The position numbers were made by a program, and so were the translations under genes. The notes under the pieces are model-generated. The model did no database searches. It was not told the origin of the DNA and was given only the letters and a program-made list of their open reading frames with translations. This document shows, piece by piece, positions 1 through 11,499 of a DNA stretch of 64,000 nucleotides. Origin of the DNA: Takakia lepidozioides (lineage: Eukaryota; Plantae; Bryophyta). The stretch is from NCBI GenBank assembly GCA_030704615.1, contig CM060731.1, positions 29,202,001 through 29,266,000 on the forward strand, in the 5' to 3' direction. Position 1 is the first letter of the stretch; every line of letters begins with the position of its first letter.

Positions 1-736
1 AAATTACACATTGTCAATAGAAAAGGCATGTGCTGTGAAATGGAACACGGGGATTGAAGCTACCACAGTCTATCGCTTGGGGTTCACAAGACCCAAAGGT
101 CAATAGGTAAGCACTGTTTAGAACACTTGAGATACTACTGGTTACTACAGTAGCCTTTGGTGGTTAGCCTACTCATTATGGTATTGGGAGATACTTGTTG
201 TAGGTACAACCAATATGCTGGAGCCAAGCCTCCTCAGTTAGGACCTGGGTGTCTGTGGCATTCTGCAGACTTAAGTTACAGGGTATAATAGAGTCTTAGC
301 ACAATTTTATGGTGTTGCCAGTCTGCCGAAATCTTTTGAAAGGATGGAACGGGGTTTGAGTTGGGGGTGCCAGGTGGGCATTTTCAGCAAGCATTGTCAA
401 AGTTGTGACAAGTGTGTTGATGGTTTTGATCATCATTGCCGGGTATGCTTGAACCTCTATTGCACTCTGGTTAAATTTGCTCGAGTGTTGAAGTCAGCAT
501 AGGTGGTCCTTGTTTGATGATTATTGACCCACTGTTAAGTCAACATTTTCCTCCTGTCCCTGGAGGTAATAAGTCATGAAAAGTGGATAGCCAACATGAC
601 TACTTGTGTTTTAATCCACAGCCATAACCCGTTGACAGGTGAAAAAGTTCCACTTAATCCTGCCAAATGATGCTTTTTGCGGCTCTTGCATACTATACTG
701 ACATTTTAACATAACCTTGAATATTGGCTTTTGCAG

Positions 737-3700
737 TGGCTCAATAACTGTGTTGGCAGAAAGAATTACGCAACTTTTGTAGCACTGCTGGCCGCAAGCT
801 TAATGCTAGTAAGCAGTTGTGTACTTTCCTGAACCATGGTTCTTTGGTGTACGTGCATTCTAAATATTCAAATGTGCTTTTCTAGTTTTACTTACCATGG
901 CAATAGTCTCTGAGTACTCTTTGTTGTCTCTACCCACCAGGGGAGAGACTATGCATCATTGTAAAAACCATTTTAGTCCAATGTTCACGAGAAGTTCCCA
1001 ATATGTTATAATAGATCCCATACGATTCCATGTCCCTCGTGCCTGAAAGTGTTGGGTTGAAGATCCAGAGCATTGGAGAAAAACTTACTGTGATAGAAAA
1101 TTTAGTCACTTGAAAGACGAGCAGGACATAAGATTGACTTATCTATTCCTCCAGTTCCAAGAGTTTAATCTGTTGACTTTTTCTCCTATGAAACTTGGAT
1201 GTCTGTTTTGTGTGAAATTTCAGCTTGTTGTGGAGTGGGGAGTAGGAGTGGCGGTATTTGCACGCTGTTTTGTGGACAAGCGAGGAACAGAGGACCAGAT
1301 CATTGCTAAGCTTGGGAATGGTTTCTCAATAGTCCCATTTGCAACTGTTGTGGTAATCTTGTGTTTCTTTTGTACTAAATTCTGTGCTGGATTAGTTTGA
1401 AGCTTGATCCCAGCAGAAACCTGTCCTCTGCAATTGCTGTGGTGCTTGCGATTTCATATCACCGCAATCCAGAAAATGGCTGTGGACACCATGAATTCAT
1501 GGGATGGGAAAACATTGAAAGCCTCCGAGGAAATGAAAGATGTAAGAATCAGGTTGCATTAGATAGGTCGGGAGCTTGTTCCAAGCCAAAATCTAGGAGG
1601 TCATGCATTCTTGCACTACAAATTGTGATGATTCCACCCCTGCTTACATCCCTGCAGAAGTTTGATAGCAGTGCATGTTTCCCAATTGACTTCGAGAGCA
1701 TTACATGATGTCAAGCACTTCGAATCTTGTATGTCCGTTGCCAGGTTTAGTTGAAAATACAGTCTGGAGATCTGATGAAATCTAGCTTAATTATCTTCAT
1801 GGGGTTTTTCAATTGTGCAGTACGTATTTTCGGTAGCCTTGAGACTCATTTTCGGCCTCATTGCAGAAATAGTGACGGGAATTGAGATGCACATTGTCTA
1901 CATTGATGTGGAATCTGGTAAGTTGAGTTTCACTGCCGTTGTTGCGTGGATACTGGTGCTTATTTTCCGTCTGTAGTTAATTTGGACTGTCAGTTGTGTG
2001 TTTGTATCTTTCAGGCCATATGCACAGTGGTGCCATTGTTGGCGTCACTTCCCCTGGGCGAGCTCCTCTTCTTCCATCTTATCCTGATTCATAAGGTATG
2101 AAAATTTCATCTACCTTCGGCGTTCGCGATCTTCAGTCTAGAACATTGTCTCTTCCTCTCATTAGAACACCATTGCCAACCTCTCAGTAAAGATCTTTTA
2201 GTACCACCACCAGATTCAACATGATTCATCCTGTACATCAGGTCGCTTTGAACTCATTGCAGATTCCCATGCACATACAAAAGTCCCAACCTATTATTTG
2301 AATTGCTTGTTTAAAATTCTCTCTGCAGCTATCATAGGCCTCGTTTCTCCCACAAACACGGTTGGCCTGATTTGGTGCAGCTCCTGAGCCGGGGTTTGCT
2401 GGTCTTATATCTTGTATGGTATTAGCAAATGATCCTGACATGAAATACGTGGATGGTATCAGGGAATTACGACATATCAATATGTAGTTTCCCTGCGAGG
2501 ACAGTGTGAGCCAGAGGGAGGGCTGGCTGGTGAAGGGGATCGGAGCGTACCATCTTCACCCAGAAGTTCAAGCAGTGCTGGATTGAGTAGGTCTAGCTCA
2601 ATGGGTTTTCAGGATCATGGTGGGTGGTGTACACCACCCCGCATTTTTGTTGAGCATCAGGTCTATACACTGAACTATCAAACCCAGGTTTTGGCTTTCT
2701 TACTAGTATTTAGAGTGGTGACATAACTGTGAATCCATGGGGAGTCACAACTTCGTCCGCACTTGATTGAGATTCGCACACTCAATCTGCTTGCAGGTTT
2801 ATTATATATCAGTTCAGAAATAATACTTGTTTCCCTCTCTTTCAAGTACACCATTGAGGATGCATGTAGAGGAACATTTTTCAGTATGAGGGAGGTCTAA
2901 AAGATTAAGAGACATGGTTGATCTGGAAAGAATCCTGGGCAAAAGTGGTTTGAAGAAAATCCAGGTTCCCATGTGCCTGGATCCTGGGCGCTCCGTGTAC
3001 TCTTGAACGTGCCTTCCCGTTTAACCATATATCATTGACAGTTACAATTCAAAAGTAGCAAGCAGAAGTTTCAGGTCCCCTTTCTTTTGCAGAAAATATG
3101 GTACAGAATTACATCATTGTAAACCTGTTTCTGGAGGTTACCAGTAGAGTAGGGATCATTTGGCTATTGCTGAGGGCCCCCTCCAAATACATAGAATGTG
3201 TTGACTTTCCTTCTCCCTAAAACATAGTGCTCTCCAAGGAACACAGTGAAATGCGGACTGAAAAGAAAAGGAGGCAGTAACTCAATGATACTTGAGAACT
3301 TGGGAAGAGAGAAGGGGGGGAACTTCAACAAACAACAACCAACAGGGACGGGATGCTTTATAGCCGTTATTAACAAATGTGGCTGTGTGTACAGGATGAA
3401 GTAGATCCACATTTAGCAAGAGGAAGGGTACCTTCAACCATTGACCCTGACGCAGCAGGTGGCCAACTGCAGAAGGGCAAGGTGGCAAATGTGAGAATCA
3501 GTGCATGGAAGCTTGCCAAGCTTAACGCCGAGGAGGTTGCACATGCAGCAGCCAGGGCGCGAAAAACTTCATCTGTGTTTAGGCAGCCCCACTCATGGGA
3601 ATTGGGAGGAGTGCCACATAGATACCACTGCTCTAGTAGCAGCAACAGCAGTGGCCGAGGTAACTTGAGCAGGGAATATGGTTTGATGGGTGGGAGGCAT

Positions 3701-4621
3701 CAACGTATGGAGGAAGCCACCACCTCAATGGAATTTTCTTCGTACAAGTGTGGGGTCAACATTGGGACAGGCAGAGAGCCAGATTTTCGATTTGATCCAC
3801 TTGATGTGAGGTCTCAGAGTAGAAGCAGCTGCAGTAGTCCCGGGGTCACTATTCCACCACCCAAGCCAGTGGTCATCAGCCCCCACCCAGCAAAGCGCGG
3901 GTACGGTCCCTCTGATTGGCAGCCATTGGTCGCTCGAGGTGATTATTCGGCAGCTGCTTGTAACCACAGTCATTCCCTTGGGGGTGGGTGTGTACCAAGT
4001 GACAGATATGGGGCTTCAAGTGTGGAGAGAGGAGAGGATGTGGTTGGCCCAAATGGTAGTGGTACAGGGAAGGTTATTCCTGACCAGGGGATGAACACAA
4101 AGAGTGCCTCAAGGAATGGAGGAGGGATGGGCAGCTTTGGAGGGTCTCCAAGGTCTAGGTCATTTAGTATGATTGAGTCTGGAGGTCGAGGAATCACGAC
4201 TTCAGTTTTGTCTGCAGAGAGCAGACATTGTACTTGGTGGGAGCCATTAACAGCACCCACATTAGCATCAGATGCGAATTTCTTCAATTGTGATTCTAGT
4301 GCTGGCAGATCCTCTGTGTCACAAACCCTATCAACATCGAACACGTCTCTGGCCTTGCCAAGCTCACATCCTGCCGGCAAATTTCAGTCTGCTGATACTT
4401 CCACTTTCCATGGTGGCCCTCTCCTGCCAGTTGGATCAATTAGCAGAATGAAAAGGTATTTTGTGGAACTGTATCCAAAACCTCCAAGGCCTCCTGGTGA
4501 CTCAAGAGCTGTGGTGCTGAAGCAGTCAAGCTCTCACTGCATGCCACCCTCTCATGTATCAACAGCGCCATCCCAATGTTCTATCCTTGTACCCCGTTCT
4601 TTGCACTATTCGGCCAGCTAG
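737..4621 (+). CDS. DHHC-type protein S-acyltransferase (PAT19/20/22-like), 3' exons only; 5' end lies upstream of the window
   Basis: GT-AG exons 737-808 (WLNNCVGRKNYATFVALL), 1224-1352, 2015-2095 (PLGELLFFHLILIHK), 2463-2660 (GITTYQYVV...GWCTPPRIFVEHQ) and 3395-4621 (VRISAWKLAKLN, stop at 4621). These motifs are typical of the post-DHHC region and C-tail of this plant PAT clade. Confidence 0.9.
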
Positions 4622-7600
4622 AGCCACGACTCTCTAGAGCTTCTAAACTGCCATGCATGTGTGAAAGGGATATGTTTTCCAAAGATCTGGGGCTCTACCA
4701 CTAAAGTCTGATGCTATGACTGCTACTCCTGACCATTCCATAGTTACGTAACAAGCTTTTAAAGTTCCCTTAGATGAGAGAAAGGGGCAAGAATTACCTG
4801 TTTGAGAAATCTCTTTGGCTGGCAGCTTCGAAGTTGGGATGTTACATGTTTGGGCAGTCCCGTGGGCTGGGGCTGAGAATTGCTTGTGCTCGGTACAGCA
4901 GGGTCACAAGCTAATCCATGCATTGCTCTCTGTACGTTGTGTGTGATATTTGCGAGTGGGCAAAGGAGTTTTTGGGTCCAGTATTGTAATGAATGGCCAA
5001 GTTTCAAATTTTGTCACTGAGGTTATAGGCCTTGCAAGTATGCAGCTGATGAGGTTGTGTAGGACTGGTGCCTTTGTGCCATGGAATCCAAGAGATACAG
5101 AAGACTCATAAGAGATCACAACCTAGACTATAAGCTCTAGTATATGTGGTGGGGATGAACTTTGGTGAGCGGCCAAAATTCTTTAGGTTGAAAATGGGAA
5201 TATAATCAACTACAGCTTTGGTCAATGCTGTGAGTTCGGCACCAATAAGGTTGCTCCGGAAGTATAGTTCGGATATAGGTTCGGGTTAGGATTGGAAATA
5301 GGCTCGTTAGCAAACCATATATACATAATATAATACCCTTTGAGAATTATCGAAAAAATAATGGAAGTACTGTGAATTTATCAGAATTACTTGAAATTGT
5401 GTTTTGGTACAGAACTACATGGTGCCGAACCCAATTCCGACCCAAATTCTAGCCCAAATGAAACAAGTTGCTAGTCGCGTATGGCTCCTCTTTGTGAACT
5501 TATAGTAAAATCTACTTTCATCCATAATAAACTTGAGAAAATCATCAATTTATTCTTCATAAATTGTTCTATAAGAGAGATGTTACTTAAGGGAGGTGCT
5601 ACCCGGAGGCATATGAAGTAGTTTTCAGTTTTCAGCAAGGCAGATGAGGTGACACCTGGGGAAGGCATAAGAGGGGCTTAGCGATTTTTGACAATGATGC
5701 GTAGTCTCCTCTTTAGATTAAAAGGGAGCCAATAAAAAAAAAAAACCCATATCTAAAAGTTAAGATTTTTGATAAGAACGGGGGAGCCCTACGGCTCCCA
5801 ACGGTCTCATCGTCTCTTCCCCCTGCATTCGCACAGATTTCTCTTATCATGGTCTTCGATCTATGGTATCACTCTCCCTCTTTCCGCTTCGTCATTCAAC
5901 AAGCTTCATTTTCGTATAATTTTCAAAGGGTGCAAGGGTCTAAAGTTCATTTTCATATGCTGCTTTACAGTTCATCCCCGAGCTTCTTCATTCTCCATCT
6001 TTCATCTCTTCTAATGATTTTGTATCACTAGCTGAAGTACTAGAGCCGCCTCTATTTATTAGCCTGCCTCACTTCCCGCTCCCTGCATTTCGTTCCACTA
6101 GTGTCTCTCTCCGTGCCTTCTACTCCTGTCTCCCCTAATCTCACTTTCGTTTTAGCACTAATCGTAGGTTTTATCAAGTGTTCAACTAGTTTCCTTCTTT
6201 TTAGCTCTCACAACCACTATCTCCATCTTGTTTAGTTAATTACAAGTTTAGTCCGCGTTCTTTAGTGCGTGTTTAATAACATGTTTTCCTCTCTACAGTC
6301 AAGCTCTATTGACTACAAAGTCATCTAAAAATTCTCGAAAGATGTCATTCATCATATGCTAAAAAATTGTTGTAGCATTTGTAAGACCGAAAGGCATAAC
6401 ACTGTATTCAAAAATGTCCATATCTTATTCGAAAAGTTGTTTTCCATTCGTCTCCTTCTTTTATTCGTACAAGGTTATAAGCTCCTATCAAGTCAATTTG
6501 GGTGAAAATCTTCACTCGTCCCAGCTGGTCGAGAAGCCCATAAATCTGCGGCAACGGATAACGATTCTTAATTGTGACTTTATTGAAACCGCGATAATCT
6601 ATACACATGCGTAATGATCCGTCTTTCTTTTTCACAAACAAGATAGGCGCCCCCCGCAGTTGATTTTGAATGTCGGATAAAGTGCTTCGACAAATTTTCA
6701 TCAATGTATTCACATAATGCAGCCAACTCTGTATGGGATAAGTTATAGGTTGGGCCGAATGGTGGTTGGTCTCTTTCTTGTAACTCAATTGCATAGTCAT
6801 AAGGTCGATATTCTGGCAATATGTCTGCATTATTCTTCTCGAAGACATCCTTGAAATCTTGATATTGAATGAGTAATGTTGACGTACATTTGTTTGTTGT
6901 GGTCTTGATCGGAGTCGTATAAAGTGTAAATGTCGCATCCTTTTTGGTAGCTTTCATGAAAGCTCTAGTTCCAAGGAACAGGGGTTGAATACCTTTGATA
7001 TTTCTACATTTTTGTTTTGCAGAAATTTTTCGCGATCGCTAGTCGATGTCAGGATTGTGAAGTACGAACCAGGGAAGTCCAAGGATCACAAGATTCGTTG
7101 GAGATTGGATGACGTTGAAAACAATATGTGATGCTTGATCTTTAAGCTTCACTTTAAGTGGTCGAGTTTCATGGTCAACATCTCCTGATGCTAACAGTCG
7201 TCCATCGATGACTTCAACGGGGGGCCGAAAGTTTTTTCTTTACGAGCGTTAAATTGTGTTGTTTCGCAAAAATTTTGTCAATAAAACATGCTGAAGCCCT
7301 CAAGTCCAAAAGTGTTTCTACAGAGATATCTCGATTTTGCACTCTGATTTTTACTGGAACTGTGAAGCAAGGTGCAAGGTCTGGAGGTAGAAAGAGACAT
7401 TTTTTCAGTGAGGAATTTGTGGTGTCCAACCGCATGGTCCCTACTGTGACTGGACATCTTCGTTTTCGGACCTCCTCGTATCGAACACTTGAGTTACGCC
7501 CCGAACTTTGAATCTTCTCTTGTTGTGGCAGTTAAATGCTATGTGATCTTCTTCTCCGCAATAGAGGCATAATCCATTTGTACGTCGTCTTTGTTTTTCT

Positions 7601-8501
7601 TGTAGAGTCAATGGCTTGAATCGGACAGCATCAATCTGCATATGATCACTACCGGATGTCTGATGGATCGTTGTGTTTGGTGCCGTAGTAGCAGCGGCAT
7701 GATGCGTCGTTGACCATCCAGATCGCTTCTCTTGACGTCTTTCGAACAAACGATTATCGCATGCAATGACTTGGGTGATGAATTCACTCAGTGTGCTCAC
7801 GTTTGACATTGTCAGCAACAAATCTTTTACATCATCTTTTAGCGCACATCAAAACTGACTAATGAGGATCTTCTCATTCCAGTCGACGCACGTAAGTCGT
7901 CAAAATTCGGCAGCATAAACGGAAGTAGGACGTGCTCTTTGTCGAAGATTTCGCATCTTTGTCTCTGCAACTCTCTCTCTATCATTCTCTCCAAACGTTG
8001 CAGTGAACTCGGACATGAATGCTTCAAAATTGTATAGTAAATACGAATTTTTTTCTAATAGCGGTGCAACCAATATAAGGCAGTGCCTCATAGAAGGGTG
8101 CCCACGAATCCCACTTGAATACCTTCATCGGGGTAGCGTTGTGGATGTAGTCGTAAGAACAGTCGTACTTATTGAACAAAACCGCGAAATCTTGATCTTG
8201 TCCCATCAAATTTCTCGGGCATGCTGATCTTTGGTTCTCTCGTAATCTGTTGAAGATGAACCGTTGCAGTAGGAGCTGTTGCAGTAGGGACTCGTATGGT
8301 TGAAGATCCATTGTTCGACTCCTTTAACCTGAAATTTGTTGTTGCAAATTGTGGAGAGCGTTGTCAACATCTTGAGACTGATCAGCTTGTAATTGGGCGG
8401 TAGAGATACGAAGTTCTTGCATCTGGAGCTGAAGACTCTGCAATGTGGCGACCATTTCCGCAAATGTGCCTTCCATCTTAACTAACTAATGAACAAAATT
8501 T

Positions 8502-8514
8502 AGTCTCGCCAAAC
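8502..8514 (-). promoter_or_regulatory. Primer-binding site, probably self-priming
   Basis: The PBS GTTTGGCGAGACT abuts the LTR. It is complementary (one G:U pair) to AGTTTCGCCAA at 8801-8791, ~23 nt downstream of the LTR TATA box. Confidence 0.65.
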
Positions 8515-9187
8515 TGTTAATGACGAGAATATGACTGAACGCAAACAAGATATTAGACTAGAGGTACAAGACTAGACAATAAGTCAAGGTTGGCGTGGCC
8601 GAATGTATGATGGGTAAACATGAATCAAGATGATCTTTATAACAATGGACAAGAGTACAAGATACTGGAAGTCGACTCGAATACTGGAATGCTGGAAATT
8701 GGACTGGGGTACCAGATACTGGAAACTGGACTAGAGTACTGGAAGCTGGACGAGTACTGGAATTGGGAACAAGAATAACTTGAACTTGTGTTGGCGAAAC
8801 TGAAGAGTGTCCAGTCTCGCCTCCTATATATACTGGCTACTATGAAGTTCTCTAAAAAGCTTCCCTAATGGAGGTTTCTTGATGGAGAAAATTTTCAAGG
8901 TTAAACAAAGGTTTCTTGATGGAGAAGTTTCCTAAAACAAAAGAGGCATCTTGATGGAGAAGTTTCCTAAAACAAATGAGACATCTTGATAGAGAAGTTT
9001 CCTCCAAATGAAGCATCCTGAACAGTTTCCCAAGTTACTCTCGGTAATTTGATAAACTTCCGATAATTTGGTAACTTATGGTAACTTATGGTAAATTATG
9101 GTATATCATGATAACTTACGGAGCATGATAATTTGGTAACTTCCGGTATTTACTCCTGGTAAGTTCTTCTGGGCTATGTCCGCGACA
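8515..9187 (-). repeat. 5' LTR of the Tcn1-like element
   Basis: TG...CA termini (tgttaatgac...gtccgcgaca), TATATATA at 8825-8832, internal short tandem repeats (tactgga, ttgatggagaa, ggtaacttat), directly upstream of the PBS and gag. Confidence 0.7.
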
Positions 9188-10359
9188 AACGCTACCGATC
9201 GAGATTTCCTCGACTTCGTTAAGTCTTCTAGACAGACTATCATTACATATACATTTTTTTTAGTGTATTTGGACGTCTGCTTATACAAGTGAAGTTTTGA
9301 GGCAAGTCTCGATAGAGCGTTACCATTCTGTGAACATCTCGCAACAATCTGCAGTAATGAATTTCGAGCAATCAAATTGCTTCTCATTCAGTATTTCACA
9401 TAGAATCTGAATAGAGTCTCTAAAAATTATGACGTCAAGTTTCACGAAATCAAATTGCATTACTAAGGTTGGCTCCGTCTTCGCTCAACTTCCCGACATT
9501 GGACGACTGAAAATTCCTCAGCATCTGTGCAGCGACCGTTGGATCTGTAAGAATTATTGGACAGTTGTGCAAATTGTTGAATTGTTGCGCAATCTGATGC
9601 GGTGGTTGACAATATAGTTCTTCCAGTTTCATCTTACGCTTCCATAGCTTGTTCTCAAAAGTTTGAGGAGACATTCCAGAGCCTTGCACGTTTATTTCTT
9701 CAATAGGTGGTGCAATGGAGTAGATCTCATGAGTATCACGATTGACGTTTGAAGAAATCAAAGCCAACCTGCTAGGATCAACTTGCTTAGATGCTGCAAA
9801 ATATAGCCATGCAACGGATTATCAGCGGCGAGACAAGGAACGACAAGCTTGTGACGTTTACGGAAGCTCTTGACAAAAAAATTCAGAGATACGAAAAAAT
9901 GAAGGAACATAAAATGCATACAAGTGATGACTTGTTCAGAAGATCATGTGAGGTTGAGTCTCTGAAAGACATCACAAATGCCTCGAGAACTTCTGTGTTA
10001 CCAATCGGAAGCAATTTTAGCAGCCGAAGTTCCGCTCTAATTTCTACCGAAACTTGTCTAAGCGACCCTACGTCCTTGAAGACTCTTTCTGCCCCTTCGA
10101 TCATCACAGTTTCATGCCGTGATTCCCTCTTGTTTGCTTGCTACAGTGCTGTTGATCGTTGTACCAATACTGGGTTCCTATAGAAAAATGCTAGAAAGAA
10201 GAAAGGCGAAAAAGCAGATAAAGGTGATAATCGCTATGATACCCGAGTATTCAATATGCATGTGCAACGTATTAATGCTCTTCACATTATAGATACAAAG
10301 AACTTCAATATCCAAAATATTTTTTAAAGAAAATATGAGGGAAGGAGTTCAGTCACTCA

Positions 10360-10665
10360 CAGAGCGTATGACTTAGGATTGCGGTGGTCTGTTTATTGCA
10401 TGCCATATTCAGCAGGCACTTGTGCATCTTCCATGCACGTTACGCCACTATCTTTCCCCGTTTTATTAGCGATGACCTTATTCTCAAGGCCCGATATGTT
10501 GCAGGTGAGCTCCTTTGTCAAGGGAGCTAACGTGTTCTTACCGATTGGACACTTCGTCAACCATACATGATCGTTTTTTTCATCTTCAATTTTGGTGTTA
10601 GAAACAGCGGGTGAGGCCCTCTTTCACCAGGTGACCAATGGGGCTGATGATCCAGAAGAGCCATG
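10360..10665 (-). pseudogene. Crypton-like tyrosine recombinase (DUF3504-type) C-terminal fragment
   Basis: Manual translation: ...HPLFLTPK / VWLTKCPIGKNTLAPLTKELT...VIANKTGKDSGVTCMEDAQVPAEYGMQ*TDHRNPKSYAL. This resembles the W..pxGxNtl, NxSxR and TGHRxxxSxxxY recombinase motifs. It has one stop and one frameshift and is cut off by the LTR at 10666. Confidence 0.6.
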
Positions 10666-10873
10666 TGTCGTGCGCATACATATCGCTACACAACTACATC
10701 GTTGTCCAAAACCACACGACACATGTGCACACCAAACACTAGTCTATCACTAGTCCACCACTAGTGCACCATTAGGCTGCCACTAGACAACCACCAGTCA
10801 CCACTAGTGCAGCCACTAGTCCAACGACTAAGCTGCCACTAGCCACCACTAGTGCAGCCACTAGTCCATCACA
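10666..10873 (-). repeat. Extra LTR copy (LTR-A) of the adjacent gypsy element
   Basis: Direct repeat of 11193-11499 (tgtcgtgcgcatacatatcgctacac...tccatcaca) with fewer CCACTAG units; TG...CA ends. Confidence 0.8.
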
Positions 10874-10874
10874 A

Positions 10875-11190
10875 TGATAAGGAAAGAATGATACAAGCAC
10901 ACAAGCTCTCTCAAACTCACACACTTGCACATGAAAACATCACTCATATATTAAGTCGAGCCAAGTGCATCCCACGCCATGGAGAATCCACACTACGGCG
11001 GCATAACTAGACACGGTGAGGCTCAACTCAAGAAAGATGAGCCCACCGCGATCTGTCGTGAAGATAACAACGCCAGGTGCCCAAACATATATTGGCCCAT
11101 GGATTAACACTTGGGTCAATCCCAAATATCAATATATACAAGCTAGCTATTTCCTAGCTAACTTCACACTAGTGGTAATATAACTTGACA
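10875..11190. repeat. LTR-like spacer (LTR-B) between the two LTR-A copies
   Basis: Starts TGATAAG and ends CTTGACA (TG...CA, imperfect inverted ends), TATA-like aatatataca, no coding signature. Confidence 0.4.
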
Positions 11191-11192
11191 AC

Positions 11193-11499
11193 TGTCGTGC
11201 GCATACATATCGCTACACAACTACATCGCTGTCCAAAACCACACAACATATGTGCACACCAAACACTAGTCCACCACTAGTGCACCATTAGGCTGCCACT
11301 AGACAACCACTAGTCACCACTAGTGCACCCACTAGTCCACCACGAGGCTGCCACTAGCCACCACTAGTGCTGTCACTAGTCCACCACTAGGCTGCCACTA
11401 GCTACCATTAGTGCAGCCACTAGTCCAACCACTAGGCTGCCACTAGCCACCACTAGTACAGCCACTAGTCCATCACTAGGCTGCCATTAGTCCATCACA
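11193..11499 (-). repeat. 3' LTR with internal CCACTAG minisatellite, preceded by a polypurine tract
   Basis: TG...CA ends; PPT agcgagggggg (plus-strand ~11504-11514) lies just upstream on the minus strand; tandem (ccactag)-based repeats. Confidence 0.8.

Larger units (their letters stand above)
6297..9187 (-). mobile_element. 3'-truncated, degenerate Ty3/gypsy LTR retrotransposon (Tcn1/Tf1-like chromovirus lineage)
   Basis: Frameshifted gag from ~8476 with a CCHC knuckle (CLYCGEEDHIAFNC), protease (LLDLRASACF for LLDSGAS) and RT N-half ([42 protein letters not shown]), broken off near 6300. Confidence 0.9.

Noticed and set aside
5225-5470. Inverted repeat gttcggcacca / tggtgccgaac (possible MITE)
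   Set aside because: Short match with no TSD or definable termini.
5780-5800. GC hairpin gggagccctacggctccc as a Helitron 3' end
   Set aside because: No CTRR terminus at the expected distance on either strand.
11270-11499. CCACTAG repeats resembling a CRISPR array
   Set aside because: Short degenerate tandem units without unique spacers, inside an LTR; eukaryotic context with no cas genes.
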